Sequence record: PP301343.1
Strand: one strand, 5' to 3'
Source: Escherichia phage UE-M6
DNA length: 64,000 nucleotides
Part shown: in pieces, positions 38,534 to 48,839 of the stretch
Numbering within the stretch: the first letter of the stretch is position 1
How the letters are laid out: the number at the start of each line of letters is the position of its first letter
The notes under the pieces: model-generated
The model's database searches: none
What the model was told of the DNA's origin: nothing
Seen by the model: only the letters and a program-made list of their open reading frames with translations
Position numbers and translations under genes: made by a program

Positions 38534-39844
38534 TTAGAAAGTTAGACCACCGTACTTACTGGCAAGATTGCCATAGAACACTACTCGCTTACGGGCACGA
38601 GACACAGCGACGTAAAGCAGACGGGCAACCATATCTGGTTGGCGACAGCTTGAGAGGTCATTTGCATCAATGAAGATTGTGTCGTAAGTAGAGCCTTGTG
38701 ATTTATGGACAGTACATGCATGAGTAGCACGCAGGTCTGGAATGGTTTCTTTAAGACGGAAGTAAGGTTCCCAGTTCTTCTCCTTACCTAACCACTTAAC
38801 CAAACGGTTGAAGTAGTCTGGGTCAGTAGGTACTGGAACTTCACTTACAATGCCACCATAGCCTAGGTCAAGAGTACTATCACGAACTTCCAGTTCCAGG
38901 TCACCTGTAACCTTAATCATGCGAGTACTACTATCCTGGTCAATGAGTTTTACGTCCTGTTCAATAGATAAACGATTATCCACACCCAAGCGAACAGCAG
39001 AGTTAGAAACTAACTGTTCACCGATGGAGTATTCACCCACATAACCGTTAGCTTCACGAATGTAGTTATTGTAATTAATAACCTGGTCATTTGTGTAAGC
39101 AACAATACGGCTGTTGGTAGGTTGAGTGAAGTGACTGAGAACCAATTTCTCCATCTCTTCCTCCTGTACCCAGTCAATGATACCTGGGATACATTTAATT
39201 GGCAGGAAGCCTGTCTTACCTTCCACCGTATCACGCAATTGCTGGTGCAATACTTTAAGTTCCGGTGCATCAGTACGCATCTGTTCAGTCAGATAGTGTG
39301 TTGGGATATTACCTGCGTATACCGGAGACTTATTCTCTTTAACAGGCAAAAGCTGAGAAGCATCACCTACAAATACCAGTTTGCACTGGTGAGTACCTTC
39401 ACGAGCATACTTAAGTAACTGACGGTCAATCATGGATGCTTCGTCTACGAAGATGATTTTGTTCTTCTTAATATTGAATGATTTAGATGGTACGACATTA
39501 GCCTCGCCAGTCTTAAAATCATTCTTAACAATCAGACCCTGGAAGGAGTGATAGGTAGATGTTGGACGTCCTGTAGCTTGAGCCAGAACTTCAGCAGCTT
39601 TGTTCGTGGTCGCAGTCATGACGACTTCGTTATACAGGGGCTTGGTTCCCATGAGAGAACAAGTTTCCATGTATGCAGGCATAGTGTCATCAATGAGGTG
39701 CGACATCAGGAATGTCTTACCAGTACCACCTGGGCCTGAAATTCCAAATTCGGTAGCATTAGGGTCGAGCAGGAAGTCGAAGAACTCCTTCGCAACCGCT
39801 TCTTGCCCCTTGTTCAGTGGGGCTTTGGTAGGTTTGGAAAACAT
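38534..39844 (-). CDS. SF1B DNA helicase (Dda/RecD-like)
   Basis: Walker A GPGGTGKTF, motif ATTNKAAEVL, C-terminal VHKSQGSTYDTIFI...YVAVSRARKRV. Confidence 0.8.
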   Translation of the reverse strand: MFSKPTKAPLNKGQEAVAKEFFDFLLDPNATEFGISGPGGTGKTFLMSHLIDDTMPAYMETCSLMGTKPLYNEVVMTATTNKAAEVLAQATGRPTSTYHSFQGLIVKNDFKTGEANVVPSKSFNIKKNKIIFVDEASMIDRQLLKYAREGTHQCKLVFVGDASQLLPVKENKSPVYAGNIPTHYLTEQMRTDAPELKVLHQQLRDTVEGKTGFLPIKCIPGIIDWVQEEEMEKLVLSHFTQPTNSRIVAYTNDQVINYNNYIREANGYVGEYSIGEQLVSNSAVRLGVDNRLSIEQDVKLIDQDSSTRMIKVTGDLELEVRDSTLDLGYGGIVSEVPVPTDPDYFNRLVKWLGKEKNWEPYFRLKETIPDLRATHACTVHKSQGSTYDTIFIDANDLSSCRQPDMVARLLYVAVSRARKRVVFYGNLASKYGGLTF

Positions 39845-39877
39845 TAAAATCTCCAGTAAAAAACCCTCCGTAGAGGG

Positions 39878-40345
39878 TTAGATGTAAGGGGTTAAATCCG
39901 GGGGAGTGTAGTCTTTCCCCTTCATGACTTTCTTATTCTCATTGAAGACAGGTTCCCCATCTTCAAACTTAGAATAGTTAGAGCGATTGACTTCATTCAA
40001 TGCTCCAGGGACATTCATCCCAAGGAAAGTACCGACGCCGGTTGCTGTAACAATCTGGTCAGCAAGACTATCAAGGATAGCTAAACGATGGCTGTTCGGT
40101 GCATATACCTCTTTGTCATCTTTTTTCATTAAATCAGACAATTCGGTTAATGCTGCAATGGCATTGTGAAGAATATCGTAAGCATCTTCTGAGTTAGCGT
40201 ATAACTCGTCTAGCATCTCTACTACTTCTTCCAGATGACAACCAATCTGGGTACTAATATTCTTACTCGTCGGATTTGGTACTGCTTTCCGGAACCAGGC
40301 TTCCGTATTTGCCAGCGTACAAACGGATGAACTTGTCATGCTCAC
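39878..40345 (-). CDS. Putative nucleotide pyrophosphohydrolase (MazG-like), tentative
   Basis: 155-aa all-alpha protein with a conserved acidic helix EEVVEMLDEL; 5' region overlaps the upstream gene by about 80 nt. Confidence 0.3.
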   Translation of the reverse strand: MSMTSSSVCTLANTEAWFRKAVPNPTSKNISTQIGCHLEEVVEMLDELYANSEDAYDILHNAIAALTELSDLMKKDDKEVYAPNSHRLAILDSLADQIVTATGVGTFLGMNVPGALNEVNRSNYSKFEDGEPVFNENKKVMKGKDYTPPDLTPYI

Positions 40346-40658
40346 TCTCTTGGTTAAGGTGGCGATTATTATATGCCTCCAGAATTAAGTCTCTTACGTA
40401 TGAGCGAATCTCATAAGCAGGACCAACTTGTTCTGATAGCCAATCAGCCACATGGGTTGGTAAAGGACGTAATACGTTTTCCATGAATGTCCGACGTGTG
40501 TCGGCTGGTTCAATGTTTAAAGAACGCAATCGCAAAGTAACCGTAGTGGGGTGAACCCCCAACGTCTTAGCGATAGTTGCGAGGGATAGCCCAACAGCAT
40601 TCATACGAATGATGTCTTCATCAGTTGCTTTGCGATTACTTCTGAATACTTTACTCAT
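40263..40658 (-). CDS. HTH DNA-binding protein
   Basis: Helix-turn-helix-like LSLATIAKTLGVHPTTVTLRL; start at the internal Met (MSKVF) with an AGAGGA RBS. Confidence 0.45.
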   Translation of the reverse strand: MSKVFRSNRKATDEDIIRMNAVGLSLATIAKTLGVHPTTVTLRLRSLNIEPADTRRTFMENVLRPLPTHVADWLSEQVGPAYEIRSYVRDLILEAYNNRHLNQESEHDKFIRLYAGKYGSLVPESSTKSDE

Positions 40659-40720
40659 AGTACAATTCCTCTTCAAATTTACCCTCACTTTATTACAAGT
40701 GAGGGCATTTGAACAGGCTA

Positions 40721-42781
40721 TTACTTAACTGCTTTAACCAGCTTGGTAGCTAATTTAGCTTCTTCTTCAGTCAGACCCATTGCAGTGAATGACTTCTTAG
40801 CATGACGTTTATAGTCTTGCAGAGCATGGCCTTTCTGATAGTCAGAATATGACGTATCGTTCAGGATGCTACGCAGATTATCAACGTGTTTACCAGAAGG
40901 AGCTACTTTAGAAGCAGCAGCAGAACGTGTAGGTTTAACTGTCTTATCCTGCTTAACAGCTTTAGGTTTACCAATAGGCTTAATTGTATAGGTAGCACGT
41001 ACATCAGCAATCTTAGCTACCACGTCACTACCTACATCAAATGCAGCCCAAGGCTTACGAGCTTTGGAACGCAGTTCTACCAGAAGGTCAGCAGCAGCTA
41101 ACTTATCTTCTGGTGTTGTTGCATTAAGGAACTCTTTAACCAGTTCCTGGATTTGTTCTTTCACAGTAGGAGCCTTCTTAATAACGGGTTTAAGGTCAGT
41201 AGCCTTCACTGGTTCAGCAGCTACAGCTTCATTCAGTGACTCTTCCATGTCCAGTGCTTCTTTGCTAGCAACTGTACGGAATTGTTCTACAGAACCAGAT
41301 GTGAGATTGGTGTATTTGAGGTTAGTACCACGATGTCCACCAACCATAATAAGTGTGGTAGGTGAACTATGGTTCCCAACGATGGCATCATTAAGTAGTT
41401 TCTTACCTACTTCAGTTTTAGACAAATAGATACCACTGTTAACGTTATTACGTTCCTCTTCCGGCAGTTCAGCAATAATGTGATACGCAGATACACGCAT
41501 CTTATTAGTGCTGTACTGAGGAACAGCAAATACATCTTCTGGTGCTACTTTACCAAGGATAGTTACGTTACCACCGAAGCTACGAATATAGCTCATGGAT
41601 GCTACATGCAGACCGTTAGAACAGTCCTGACGACGGTCAGGATCTACCAGGTCTTCCCGTACCTGCACTTTACAGCCTACCCACTGTTTGATGTTACCTG
41701 AGTGACAGTCAACGAATACACGTTTACCATCTTCTTTCCCTTTATACTGAAGGCGTTTAAGGAACAGGATTGAACCATCATCAGCGATAGGCAATTCAGC
41801 AGTTTCCATGAACTTCATCAGGTCTTCTACTGAGTGCAGACGGTCTTTAATAACCGGAGCCAGACGCTCAAGGAACTTAGTGAAGCCCTTGTAGTCTTTC
41901 AACTTGGCAGACTGACGTAAGTGACGTTGCAGGTTCTCAACTCCAGGGATAACCCCATCGTTGGTAACAGCAACAACCACTTCATCTTCCTTCACATCAG
42001 TGTGAAAGTTAGCGTTATCAGTACTAATAGCACCTAATGCAGCTAATTTCTCGGATGCAGCAGCCAGCTTATCCTGGTTCGTAGTTTTAGCTACTTCAAT
42101 GTAAGGTGGTGGGGTATGTTTACGGCTGGTAAATACAATATGTACACCTTTGATATGCTTGGCTTGTTTAGCAAACTCACCCATTTCATCATCGGATACT
42201 GCACGAACTGCAACAGGCCATTCCTGTCTGAGCATGGTGTTGGTTTGTTCATACCCCCAACCCATTACGTCGTTAATAAAACGAACCAGTGCAGGATAGT
42301 TATGGTCCTTATCCCAGCCAGTAATCCACATCAGATTGTCACGTCTGTCGTAGCAACCATCTGATACTGTTACTTCTGGTTCATTAGCTTGTACAGCCAG
42401 GAATGTATCCATAGCTTTAGATACTAATGTCTTGGTGGGATTGCCTAGCTTAATATCAGAAACGGCTTGGGTAGGTTGAACATCTGTACCATCCTGGAAG
42501 AACTCTTTGAGTTTAGCTTTAGCTACCTTGAAGAAACGGACGAATCCATTAGTGTTCTTCTCTGCTTCCAGATACTCATTACGCAGTGATACTTCTGGTG
42601 CAATGTTTACTTCTATCAGGTCTTTGGTAATTCCCAAGCCTTTGGTTTGTGCTTCAGATACGATACGAGCAACCCGTGGGTCGCTCTGTGGATATACAAT
42701 TGTGGAGCCATCAGGCTTCCACAATGTTAAGTTTCGACTGTCAACTGCCAGTGCGATGATAGAAATCAGTTCGATTTTCAT
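40721..42781 (-). CDS. rIIB: rIIB-like protein
   Basis: 686-aa ORF directly downstream of the rIIA-like gene, separated by 4 nt. Confidence 0.45.
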   Translation of the reverse strand: MKIELISIIALAVDSRNLTLWKPDGSTIVYPQSDPRVARIVSEAQTKGLGITKDLIEVNIAPEVSLRNEYLEAEKNTNGFVRFFKVAKAKLKEFFQDGTDVQPTQAVSDIKLGNPTKTLVSKAMDTFLAVQANEPEVTVSDGCYDRRDNLMWITGWDKDHNYPALVRFINDVMGWGYEQTNTMLRQEWPVAVRAVSDDEMGEFAKQAKHIKGVHIVFTSRKHTPPPYIEVAKTTNQDKLAAASEKLAALGAISTDNANFHTDVKEDEVVVAVTNDGVIPGVENLQRHLRQSAKLKDYKGFTKFLERLAPVIKDRLHSVEDLMKFMETAELPIADDGSILFLKRLQYKGKEDGKRVFVDCHSGNIKQWVGCKVQVREDLVDPDRRQDCSNGLHVASMSYIRSFGGNVTILGKVAPEDVFAVPQYSTNKMRVSAYHIIAELPEEERNNVNSGIYLSKTEVGKKLLNDAIVGNHSSPTTLIMVGGHRGTNLKYTNLTSGSVEQFRTVASKEALDMEESLNEAVAAEPVKATDLKPVIKKAPTVKEQIQELVKEFLNATTPEDKLAAADLLVELRSKARKPWAAFDVGSDVVAKIADVRATYTIKPIGKPKAVKQDKTVKPTRSAAASKVAPSGKHVDNLRSILNDTSYSDYQKGHALQDYKRHAKKSFTAMGLTEEEAKLATKLVKAVK

Positions 42782-42785
42782 CAGA

Positions 42786-45353
42786 TTAGTTACCTTTCAG
42801 TTTATTTAGACGATTACGGTAGAGGGACTTAAACCCAGGAATATCCTCTGGATTTTTCTTGAGGTGTTTAACTAAACTCCCCAAGTCCAGACTCTGTAGT
42901 ATGTCACCAGCACTCCAGCTATAGCTGAATAACCCCTTGTACTGATTAAGTATTTCAAAGTACTTATGATTACGCGGATTAACCATCATTGTATATGGCT
43001 CTAAGTCATCAACTGACTTAATACAACCCATTTCAACAAGTTTTTCTTTGTTGTTATGTGGTCGATTCCGTAGAAAGTCATATGCCCATTCATACTCTGG
43101 TTTAAAAATCAGATTCTGTAATGGTTTGAATGTTAGACCAAGAATATCGAGGATTTCCCAGTATTCCCTGTCATCTAATCCTACATATTCCAGAATACCA
43201 ATACGGTGTTCAGTAACATATTTCTTGAAGCCTTTGCTGGTAATAACTGGCATCAGCTCCATAAAACGAACGTCATCAATGTGAATAGCACCACGTCGTT
43301 TAGCTTTGTTAGCTTCAATTTGATTGCGACAGACAACAGTCTCTGCTTTCATCTCGTCAGATAACTCATACCATTTCCACATGGTTCCAATCCGAGCAGT
43401 TACAGGACTACCAGAACTAACCTGATTGGCTAGTACGTAGTACTTAGGCTGTTCCACTTCAACGAAACCGTACTTCTCATGGAAGCTTGGGTCAGTAAAA
43501 TCCTTGTCAATGTACGGCTTAGAATCCCAATCCCCACTTTTATTTCGTACAGGAGTAGTACCGAGAACTGCATTCAACGAAATCAGAGCATTAGTTTTAC
43601 CCCCTGCTTTGGTTTTATTGGCAGCTATCGTCTTAGCTCGTTTCTCAGCAGCTATCTTAGCTTGTTCTCTGCGGTAGTTAGTTGGTTTGTCCCACTCATT
43701 ATATTGAGTGAGGTCAATTACCCGATAACCCATAGCAGTGAACTTAGCTACAGCTTCTTCTGCTGCACCCTTTTTAGGACTAACGACGTGAACAAAAGCT
43801 GTACGCTCCAGGTCACCTCGGTTGTACTCAGGGAAGTATGAGAAAGAGTCTGCACAGTCAGATAAACGTCGAGTAACTACAACGTTCTTGGTAGTGAATA
43901 TACCAATACTCTGGTGGGAGTTATGGTACATCTTAAAGTAGTCAGTAAGTTTGCCTTTTATCAGGTCTACAAAGTTACCCTGGTTCATTATGTAACCAGA
44001 CCATTTAATGCCAGTAGCTTTTAAATCAGCAAGCTGAGGTAAGTGCAGATGACGATATACTAATTCCTGGAATGAGGAATATGTATTTGCTTCACGAGTA
44101 TCCTTAAGGGCACGCATAGCCTTACCATACAACTTCTTAAGACCTGCATATTCGGGACGAGCTAGTAATGCTTTGTTAGATAAGTTACGCCAGTGCTTGA
44201 TGTGATGCTTACGTTGCTTAGCCCATAAACTAGAGGACATATAACTTTGAACAATTGGGTCTGTAACAGCAAGTAGGAAAGATGGATACTCCCAAAAGCG
44301 AGTAGAGGATTTAGAGGCGTATTCTTCAACCTGCTTAATAGCTTCAGGAATTTTAGCCCTAATCTCTTTCTCCATACGGTCTACTAAATCTACACACAGA
44401 GTAGTAATACCATCGTCAGTTAACTTCTGGTTAGACAGTGTTTCTCGACTAGGAGCAATAGCTAGAGTATCAGGTGCAGCCTGAACCACCAGATTAGAAG
44501 CACCAATGATATTCATAAAGTTGAGGATAAGACCTACAGCCTCTTCACTAGCTGGGCTGGATACAATTGGGTACATTACGTTACCGTAACGAACGAATAT
44601 GTTACTGTTACCCATATAGCCTTGATACCATCTATCAGACATATCGTATGAACCAGGTTCAAATGACATTCCTAGTGTATTCAGTAGAGTGTAGTCACCT
44701 TGCTGAATACTATTACCTTCTTCTGTTTTAACGAGTTTAGGGATACTAAGTTCAGCTTTAATCTCACCGTTAAATACTATTGATGTGATGTAATGTACAA
44801 AGGTATTTAAATCATGCTTGCCTAACTGGAATTTAACTTCCAGCCCAGATTCCTCAGTAGGAATATTAGTAACAATAGGAACAATGCCTGGTTTACCGTC
44901 ATTCTCAATCGCAGCTTTAGCTACGTTATATACCGACATCTTTCCCTGGTTCCATGAAGTAACCTGGAAGCTATCTGTATAAGCGAACGGGGATTTACAT
45001 CCCAGACCAAAACCACCAGTAACACTACTGTTGGCTTTCTTAGTAGATGCACCATAGACACCATAAATGGAACCAATGAGTTCATCGGGGATGCCATTAC
45101 CAAAGTCACGGAAGGTAATAAAGTTGTCTGTATCAATAGTGATACGAATAGGGGTATCAGTCTTACCTGCTTCAATATGAGCATCCCAACTGTTACAGAT
45201 AGTCTCACGGACTACTGCCAGAGTAGGATTGTTATATAAGGAAGTACTTAATACATGGAAGAATGCCGGGTCATCAGAGATGCCAAAGGCAATTGTTTCT
45301 TTGCCACCCAGTGTCGCTGAGGTAGCTACTTCATTGGTATCTGCAACTAACAT
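42786..45353 (-). CDS. rIIA: rIIA-like protein with N-terminal GHKL/HATPase-like region
   Basis: 855 aa; N-terminal VVRETICNSWDAH resembles the GHKL ATPase N-box seen in rIIA. Confidence 0.55.
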   Translation of the reverse strand: MLVADTNEVATSATLGGKETIAFGISDDPAFFHVLSTSLYNNPTLAVVRETICNSWDAHIEAGKTDTPIRITIDTDNFITFRDFGNGIPDELIGSIYGVYGASTKKANSSVTGGFGLGCKSPFAYTDSFQVTSWNQGKMSVYNVAKAAIENDGKPGIVPIVTNIPTEESGLEVKFQLGKHDLNTFVHYITSIVFNGEIKAELSIPKLVKTEEGNSIQQGDYTLLNTLGMSFEPGSYDMSDRWYQGYMGNSNIFVRYGNVMYPIVSSPASEEAVGLILNFMNIIGASNLVVQAAPDTLAIAPSRETLSNQKLTDDGITTLCVDLVDRMEKEIRAKIPEAIKQVEEYASKSSTRFWEYPSFLLAVTDPIVQSYMSSSLWAKQRKHHIKHWRNLSNKALLARPEYAGLKKLYGKAMRALKDTREANTYSSFQELVYRHLHLPQLADLKATGIKWSGYIMNQGNFVDLIKGKLTDYFKMYHNSHQSIGIFTTKNVVVTRRLSDCADSFSYFPEYNRGDLERTAFVHVVSPKKGAAEEAVAKFTAMGYRVIDLTQYNEWDKPTNYRREQAKIAAEKRAKTIAANKTKAGGKTNALISLNAVLGTTPVRNKSGDWDSKPYIDKDFTDPSFHEKYGFVEVEQPKYYVLANQVSSGSPVTARIGTMWKWYELSDEMKAETVVCRNQIEANKAKRRGAIHIDDVRFMELMPVITSKGFKKYVTEHRIGILEYVGLDDREYWEILDILGLTFKPLQNLIFKPEYEWAYDFLRNRPHNNKEKLVEMGCIKSVDDLEPYTMMVNPRNHKYFEILNQYKGLFSYSWSAGDILQSLDLGSLVKHLKKNPEDIPGFKSLYRNRLNKLKGN

Positions 45354-45396
45354 TTATTTACTCTCCAGATTAAATGTTGCTTCTTGGTTATGACTA

Positions 45397-45621
45397 TTAA
45401 GAATCTAATGCTGATTTACAGGCTTCAAAGATTACTTTACGTAATTCCCGTTCTTTTTCCGGTTCCTCGTGGGGACTGTAACCAAAGGGACTGTTTTGCA
45501 TAAAACTAGCCAGAATTAGTAAATCTTCTTCAGATAGACCATCAATAGCGATGGAGTATTGGTTTTTGCTTTTTACTGTAGCGTTAGCCATTTCGTTTCT
45601 CCGCCATTGCTTGTAGTACAA
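45397..45621 (-). CDS. Hypothetical protein
   Basis: 74-aa ORF. Confidence 0.4.
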   Translation of the reverse strand: MYYKQWRRNEMANATVKSKNQYSIAIDGLSEEDLLILASFMQNSPFGYSPHEEPEKERELRKVIFEACKSALDS

Positions 45622-45946
45622 ATACTACAGCATCTGAAATTTGGTCATCGGTTGGTTCAACTAATTGACCATTCTCATCATACATTTCTTTCAGAAGTGC
45701 ATTCAGTTCAGCCATACCAGCCAATACCATTTCCTTACTTGGTTCCAGCCATAACTTACGTTCCTCTGCCAATGCAGCAATGCACATACACAGGGACGCA
45801 ATATTTGCTGGGCAAGCAGCAATATCACCAGTTACCACAATTTCACTAAGTGGAACAGCTTTACCGGTTTTACTATGAATAACTTCAGGATTAATCATGG
45901 ATTTGCTCCAGGTTATGAGCAGGAATAGGGAAGCATGGATAGTCAC
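45584..45946 (-). CDS. Hypothetical protein
   Basis: 120-aa ORF; true start may be the internal Met at codon 17. Confidence 0.4.
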   Translation of the reverse strand: MTIHASLFLLITWSKSMINPEVIHSKTGKAVPLSEIVVTGDIAACPANIASLCMCIAALAEERKLWLEPSKEMVLAGMAELNALLKEMYDENGQLVEPTDDQISDAVVFVLQAMAEKRNG

Positions 45947-46133
45947 CGGTAGGGTCCAGTGTTACTGATACATGCAGTGTATTTGTCATTTGGGTTAACA
46001 TCAGAGCAGCATTGAAATCGTCCTGGATACAGGCATATACAATGTCACCCTTCTCTCCCTCACACATTACAGGTGTGTCTTTGATACGGTATTTAGCAGG
46101 CATATGCCCTCCTAAAAGAGTTAATAGAATCAA
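45891..46133 (-). CDS. Hypothetical protein
   Basis: 80-aa ORF following a terminator. Confidence 0.35.
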   Translation of the reverse strand: MILLTLLGGHMPAKYRIKDTPVMCEGEKGDIVYACIQDDFNAALMLTQMTNTLHVSVTLDPTGDYPCFPIPAHNLEQIHD

Positions 46134-46157
46134 AAAAAGACCTCCCGGAGGAGGTCT
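46131..46157 (-). terminator. Rho-independent terminator
   Basis: 8-bp stem agacctcc/ggaggtct with 4-nt loop, followed on the - strand by a T7 run. Confidence 0.6.
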
Positions 46158-46162
46158 TAGGT

Positions 46163-46402
46163 TTACTTACGACTTCCTTCTACGAAAAGTCGTATTTGTT
46201 TTTTCACTTCTTCTTTCTCACGTATTGCTTCGTAGTCACGAGCAAAGTAGTAAACACACCATAATCCAATTTCACTTACAAAGAACAGAATACTAGCTCG
46301 AATGAACTGCATATCTGTTTCTACTACAAAGGCAACTTTGTATGCGTAGGTAAGTGTTAATAGGGTACTAATTAGCATTGCGTACAGAGCTAGTTTTTTC
46401 AT
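46163..46402 (-). CDS. Small membrane protein
   Basis: 79 aa with two hydrophobic helices. Confidence 0.45.
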   Translation of the reverse strand: MKKLALYAMLISTLLTLTYAYKVAFVVETDMQFIRASILFFVSEIGLWCVYYFARDYEAIREKEEVKKQIRLFVEGSRK

Positions 46403-47343
46403 TCAGTAATAGTCTCACCAGGAATTAACTTACGGAATTGGATAAAGTGAAGCAGGTTACCTGAGTACAGATTCCCTTCTTTATCCATGGATGTAACACC
46501 TTGTTCCCATGTAACTGGGTTCATGTTATTTACATACTTCTCACCAAGGTTCATAGGTGTAGCCTGATGTTCCGTTGGGGAAGCATGAATAGGTTGGTTT
46601 TCCACTAACTTAGCGAATAAGCCAAGGTCTTCCTCGATAGTAGATGGTCGTCCTTCGAAGTTGTTATAGGAAGCACGAGCACAGCGTGCAGCACTTACTT
46701 TGAGAAGTAGTCCATGCACTTCTGCATCACTTGGTTCATCGCGTGTAACTCGATTGCGTTTGCAGAAATTGTAAGCCCCAACACGGTCAATATGAGCAAT
46801 ATATGGCAGATGCCATTGCCCATATGGTAATGCTCTCGGTGTACTTTCTTCCTGTGCCTTACGCATTGCTTGAGCCAGTTCACGAATCTCTGGTTGTGCA
46901 TCTTTGTGGTCACGCAGTCCATAGAAATTAGCCCAGCTGGTTGAAGTTACCACTACACGAATATGCGTGAATGGTTCCAGAATACGGTTAACAATCTGCT
47001 TATGTACTTGCCCACGTCGTAGCTGTTCTGCATACACAGCAGCAGCAGATGCAGCGTTATCCCAGATAAACTTAGCATCCTCAATCTCCATAGGAGTGAG
47101 TTCTTCTTCTGCTTGCATACCTTTCTGGTTCTTGCCCCAGTGACTAGGCATCACTGGTTCATTACGAACTTGTTCGATGAACTTAGCCGTGGGAATAGCA
47201 CGACTGCTTGAGGCATTACGGTTGAATACACGGTGGGTCATAAACTCACTGTGAATGAATCGGGGATAAACCAATTCAAAGGTAGTAATACGAGTTCCTG
47301 TTTCTGGGTGAACGGAATCTGCAATGACAGTTGCCTTAATCAT
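46399..47343 (-). CDS. thyX: Flavin-dependent thymidylate synthase (ThyX-like)
   Basis: Segment FMTHRVFNRNASSSRAIP resembles the ThyX signature region; 314 aa. Confidence 0.5.
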   Translation of the reverse strand: MIKATVIADSVHPETGTRITTFELVYPRFIHSEFMTHRVFNRNASSSRAIPTAKFIEQVRNEPVMPSHWGKNQKGMQAEEELTPMEIEDAKFIWDNAASAAAVYAEQLRRGQVHKQIVNRILEPFTHIRVVVTSTSWANFYGLRDHKDAQPEIRELAQAMRKAQEESTPRALPYGQWHLPYIAHIDRVGAYNFCKRNRVTRDEPSDAEVHGLLLKVSAARCARASYNNFEGRPSTIEEDLGLFAKLVENQPIHASPTEHQATPMNLGEKYVNNMNPVTWEQGVTSMDKEGNLYSGNLLHFIQFRKLIPGETITE

Positions 47344-47786
47344 TAGAATGACCTTAGATAGTTGGTGATACCACTACGGTTTTCTGTAATTTTCTTAACC
47401 TGAACATATACCAGCTTAAACTCACTACGGGGTAGTTCTTGTAATACTGCTACACCTTCAGTAAGGGCCACAGAACACGCTACAGCGGTTTCTTTTTTAA
47501 AGGAGTATAAGTCTTCATACATGAGGGCTTCATACTCCCTGCGGAGCATACAGAGAGCATCTCTTGCCTTATCACTTACTTCTTGTGAACCAGCAGACAT
47601 AGCTAAGCTGTATATGATAAAGATTTGTTCAAAAACAAAGTCCAGTAATCTATCAGGATTGTTAGTCCCCATGAATAATTTTGATGTGTAGGAACGGGCT
47701 TTACGGTTGAGTTCATACTCATCCTCTATGCCTTTATTATAAAGAACAGGATTTCGCTCCCTTTTCCGTAGGAATGGGATACGCAT
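47343..47786 (-). CDS. Hypothetical protein
   Basis: 147-aa ORF, start overlaps the stop of the upstream gene. Confidence 0.45.
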   Translation of the reverse strand: MRIPFLRKRERNPVLYNKGIEDEYELNRKARSYTSKLFMGTNNPDRLLDFVFEQIFIIYSLAMSAGSQEVSDKARDALCMLRREYEALMYEDLYSFKKETAVACSVALTEGVAVLQELPRSEFKLVYVQVKKITENRSGITNYLRSF

Positions 47787-48166
47787 TAGTATTTACTACC
47801 TCTTCTATACCAAGGGTAATGATGGGTAGTGCTCTTGCCTTTGAATACATCCTTAGTACGAGGATTCTTTTGTATTTGAGCCAGGTAAAGATACGTATCA
47901 TCCCTACATGGGCTAAGCCAGAACTTATCTATGATTCGGTCTACCTTAGATTTCAGATGAGGTTCCGGAGGAATGTATGAAGGAAAAGGTCTGCTAATAG
48001 TCCATCCTTTTTGAACAAGAGCCTGCATTGTCGTGTAAAGATCTAACTCAATTTCATTCTCTACTTGATCATGGATAGTTTTACCTAGAGTAAGCATTGC
48101 AGTTTGTTCCAGCTTACTTAAGTCCAGCCCTTGCAGGATAGACTTACCATTTTGTCTGCTTGACAT
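47786..48166 (-). CDS. Hypothetical protein
   Basis: 126-aa ORF. Confidence 0.45.
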   Translation of the reverse strand: MSSRQNGKSILQGLDLSKLEQTAMLTLGKTIHDQVENEIELDLYTTMQALVQKGWTISRPFPSYIPPEPHLKSKVDRIIDKFWLSPCRDDTYLYLAQIQKNPRTKDVFKGKSTTHHYPWYRRGSKY

Positions 48167-48181
48167 AAGAGTACCTGTAAA

Positions 48182-48208
48182 TAAAAAAGCCCACGGGTTA
48201 GGTGGGCT
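48182..48208 (-). terminator. Rho-independent terminator
   Basis: agcccac-gggttag-gtgggct hairpin followed on the - strand by a T-run. Confidence 0.55.
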
Positions 48209-48283
48209 TGGGTTAGTAGATGGATAAGCAATGAGCTGGAAGTAACTTCCACAAGCATCACTATGTAATGATGCTTAGGTTAG

Positions 48284-48562
48284 TTACTCTGATTTACTGC
48301 CACCATTGGTTTGAACAACAGTTACGTTTGTAACTTGGTTCTGACCTTTGTTGGACAGTGACCAAATCAGTGCTACTACCCAGAAGACTAAAGACCAGCC
48401 TAATACAATATTAAGCACACCAATGCCCCACTTGGAGGCATGGCCTCGTGCAAAAGCAATGATAGTAGGGATGAGGTATACAGCTAATACAAACAACATA
48501 ACAAGGATTGCTGCTAAAGATTCCATGATGGTTCCTATGTGAGGTTGAGTTAGTTTCTTCAC
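48284..48562 (-). CDS. Small membrane protein (two TM helices)
   Basis: 92 aa with two long hydrophobic segments. Confidence 0.45.
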   Translation of the reverse strand: MKKLTQPHIGTIMESLAAILVMLFVLAVYLIPTIIAFARGHASKWGIGVLNIVLGWSLVFWVVALIWSLSNKGQNQVTNVTVVQTNGGSKSE

Positions 48563-48599
48563 AAATAGCCCAACTATGCTGGGCTATTTAGGCAGCTAC

Positions 48600-48809
48600 T
48601 TACTCAGCATCTTTGCTTGCAGGAGCAAGAGCTTTCTTCAGGTAATTGCGTACTGAACGATAGGTTTCTTTAGTATCCATAGCACTATCATTTACGAAAG
48701 TGATACGTGCACAATCAGACAGCGGAATCTGCTCCACTGCAATTACATTTGCAGCATTAATGGTTACACGTACATCTGAGGTTGCATGAGTTACTTGAAA
48801 TACTGACAT
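48600..48809 (-). CDS. Hypothetical protein
   Basis: 69-aa ORF. Confidence 0.4.
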   Translation of the reverse strand: MSVFQVTHATSDVRVTINAANVIAVEQIPLSDCARITFVNDSAMDTKETYRSVRNYLKKALAPASKDAE

Positions 48810-48839
48810 GTTGTTTCCTTAATTAAGCCGGATAGCCTT

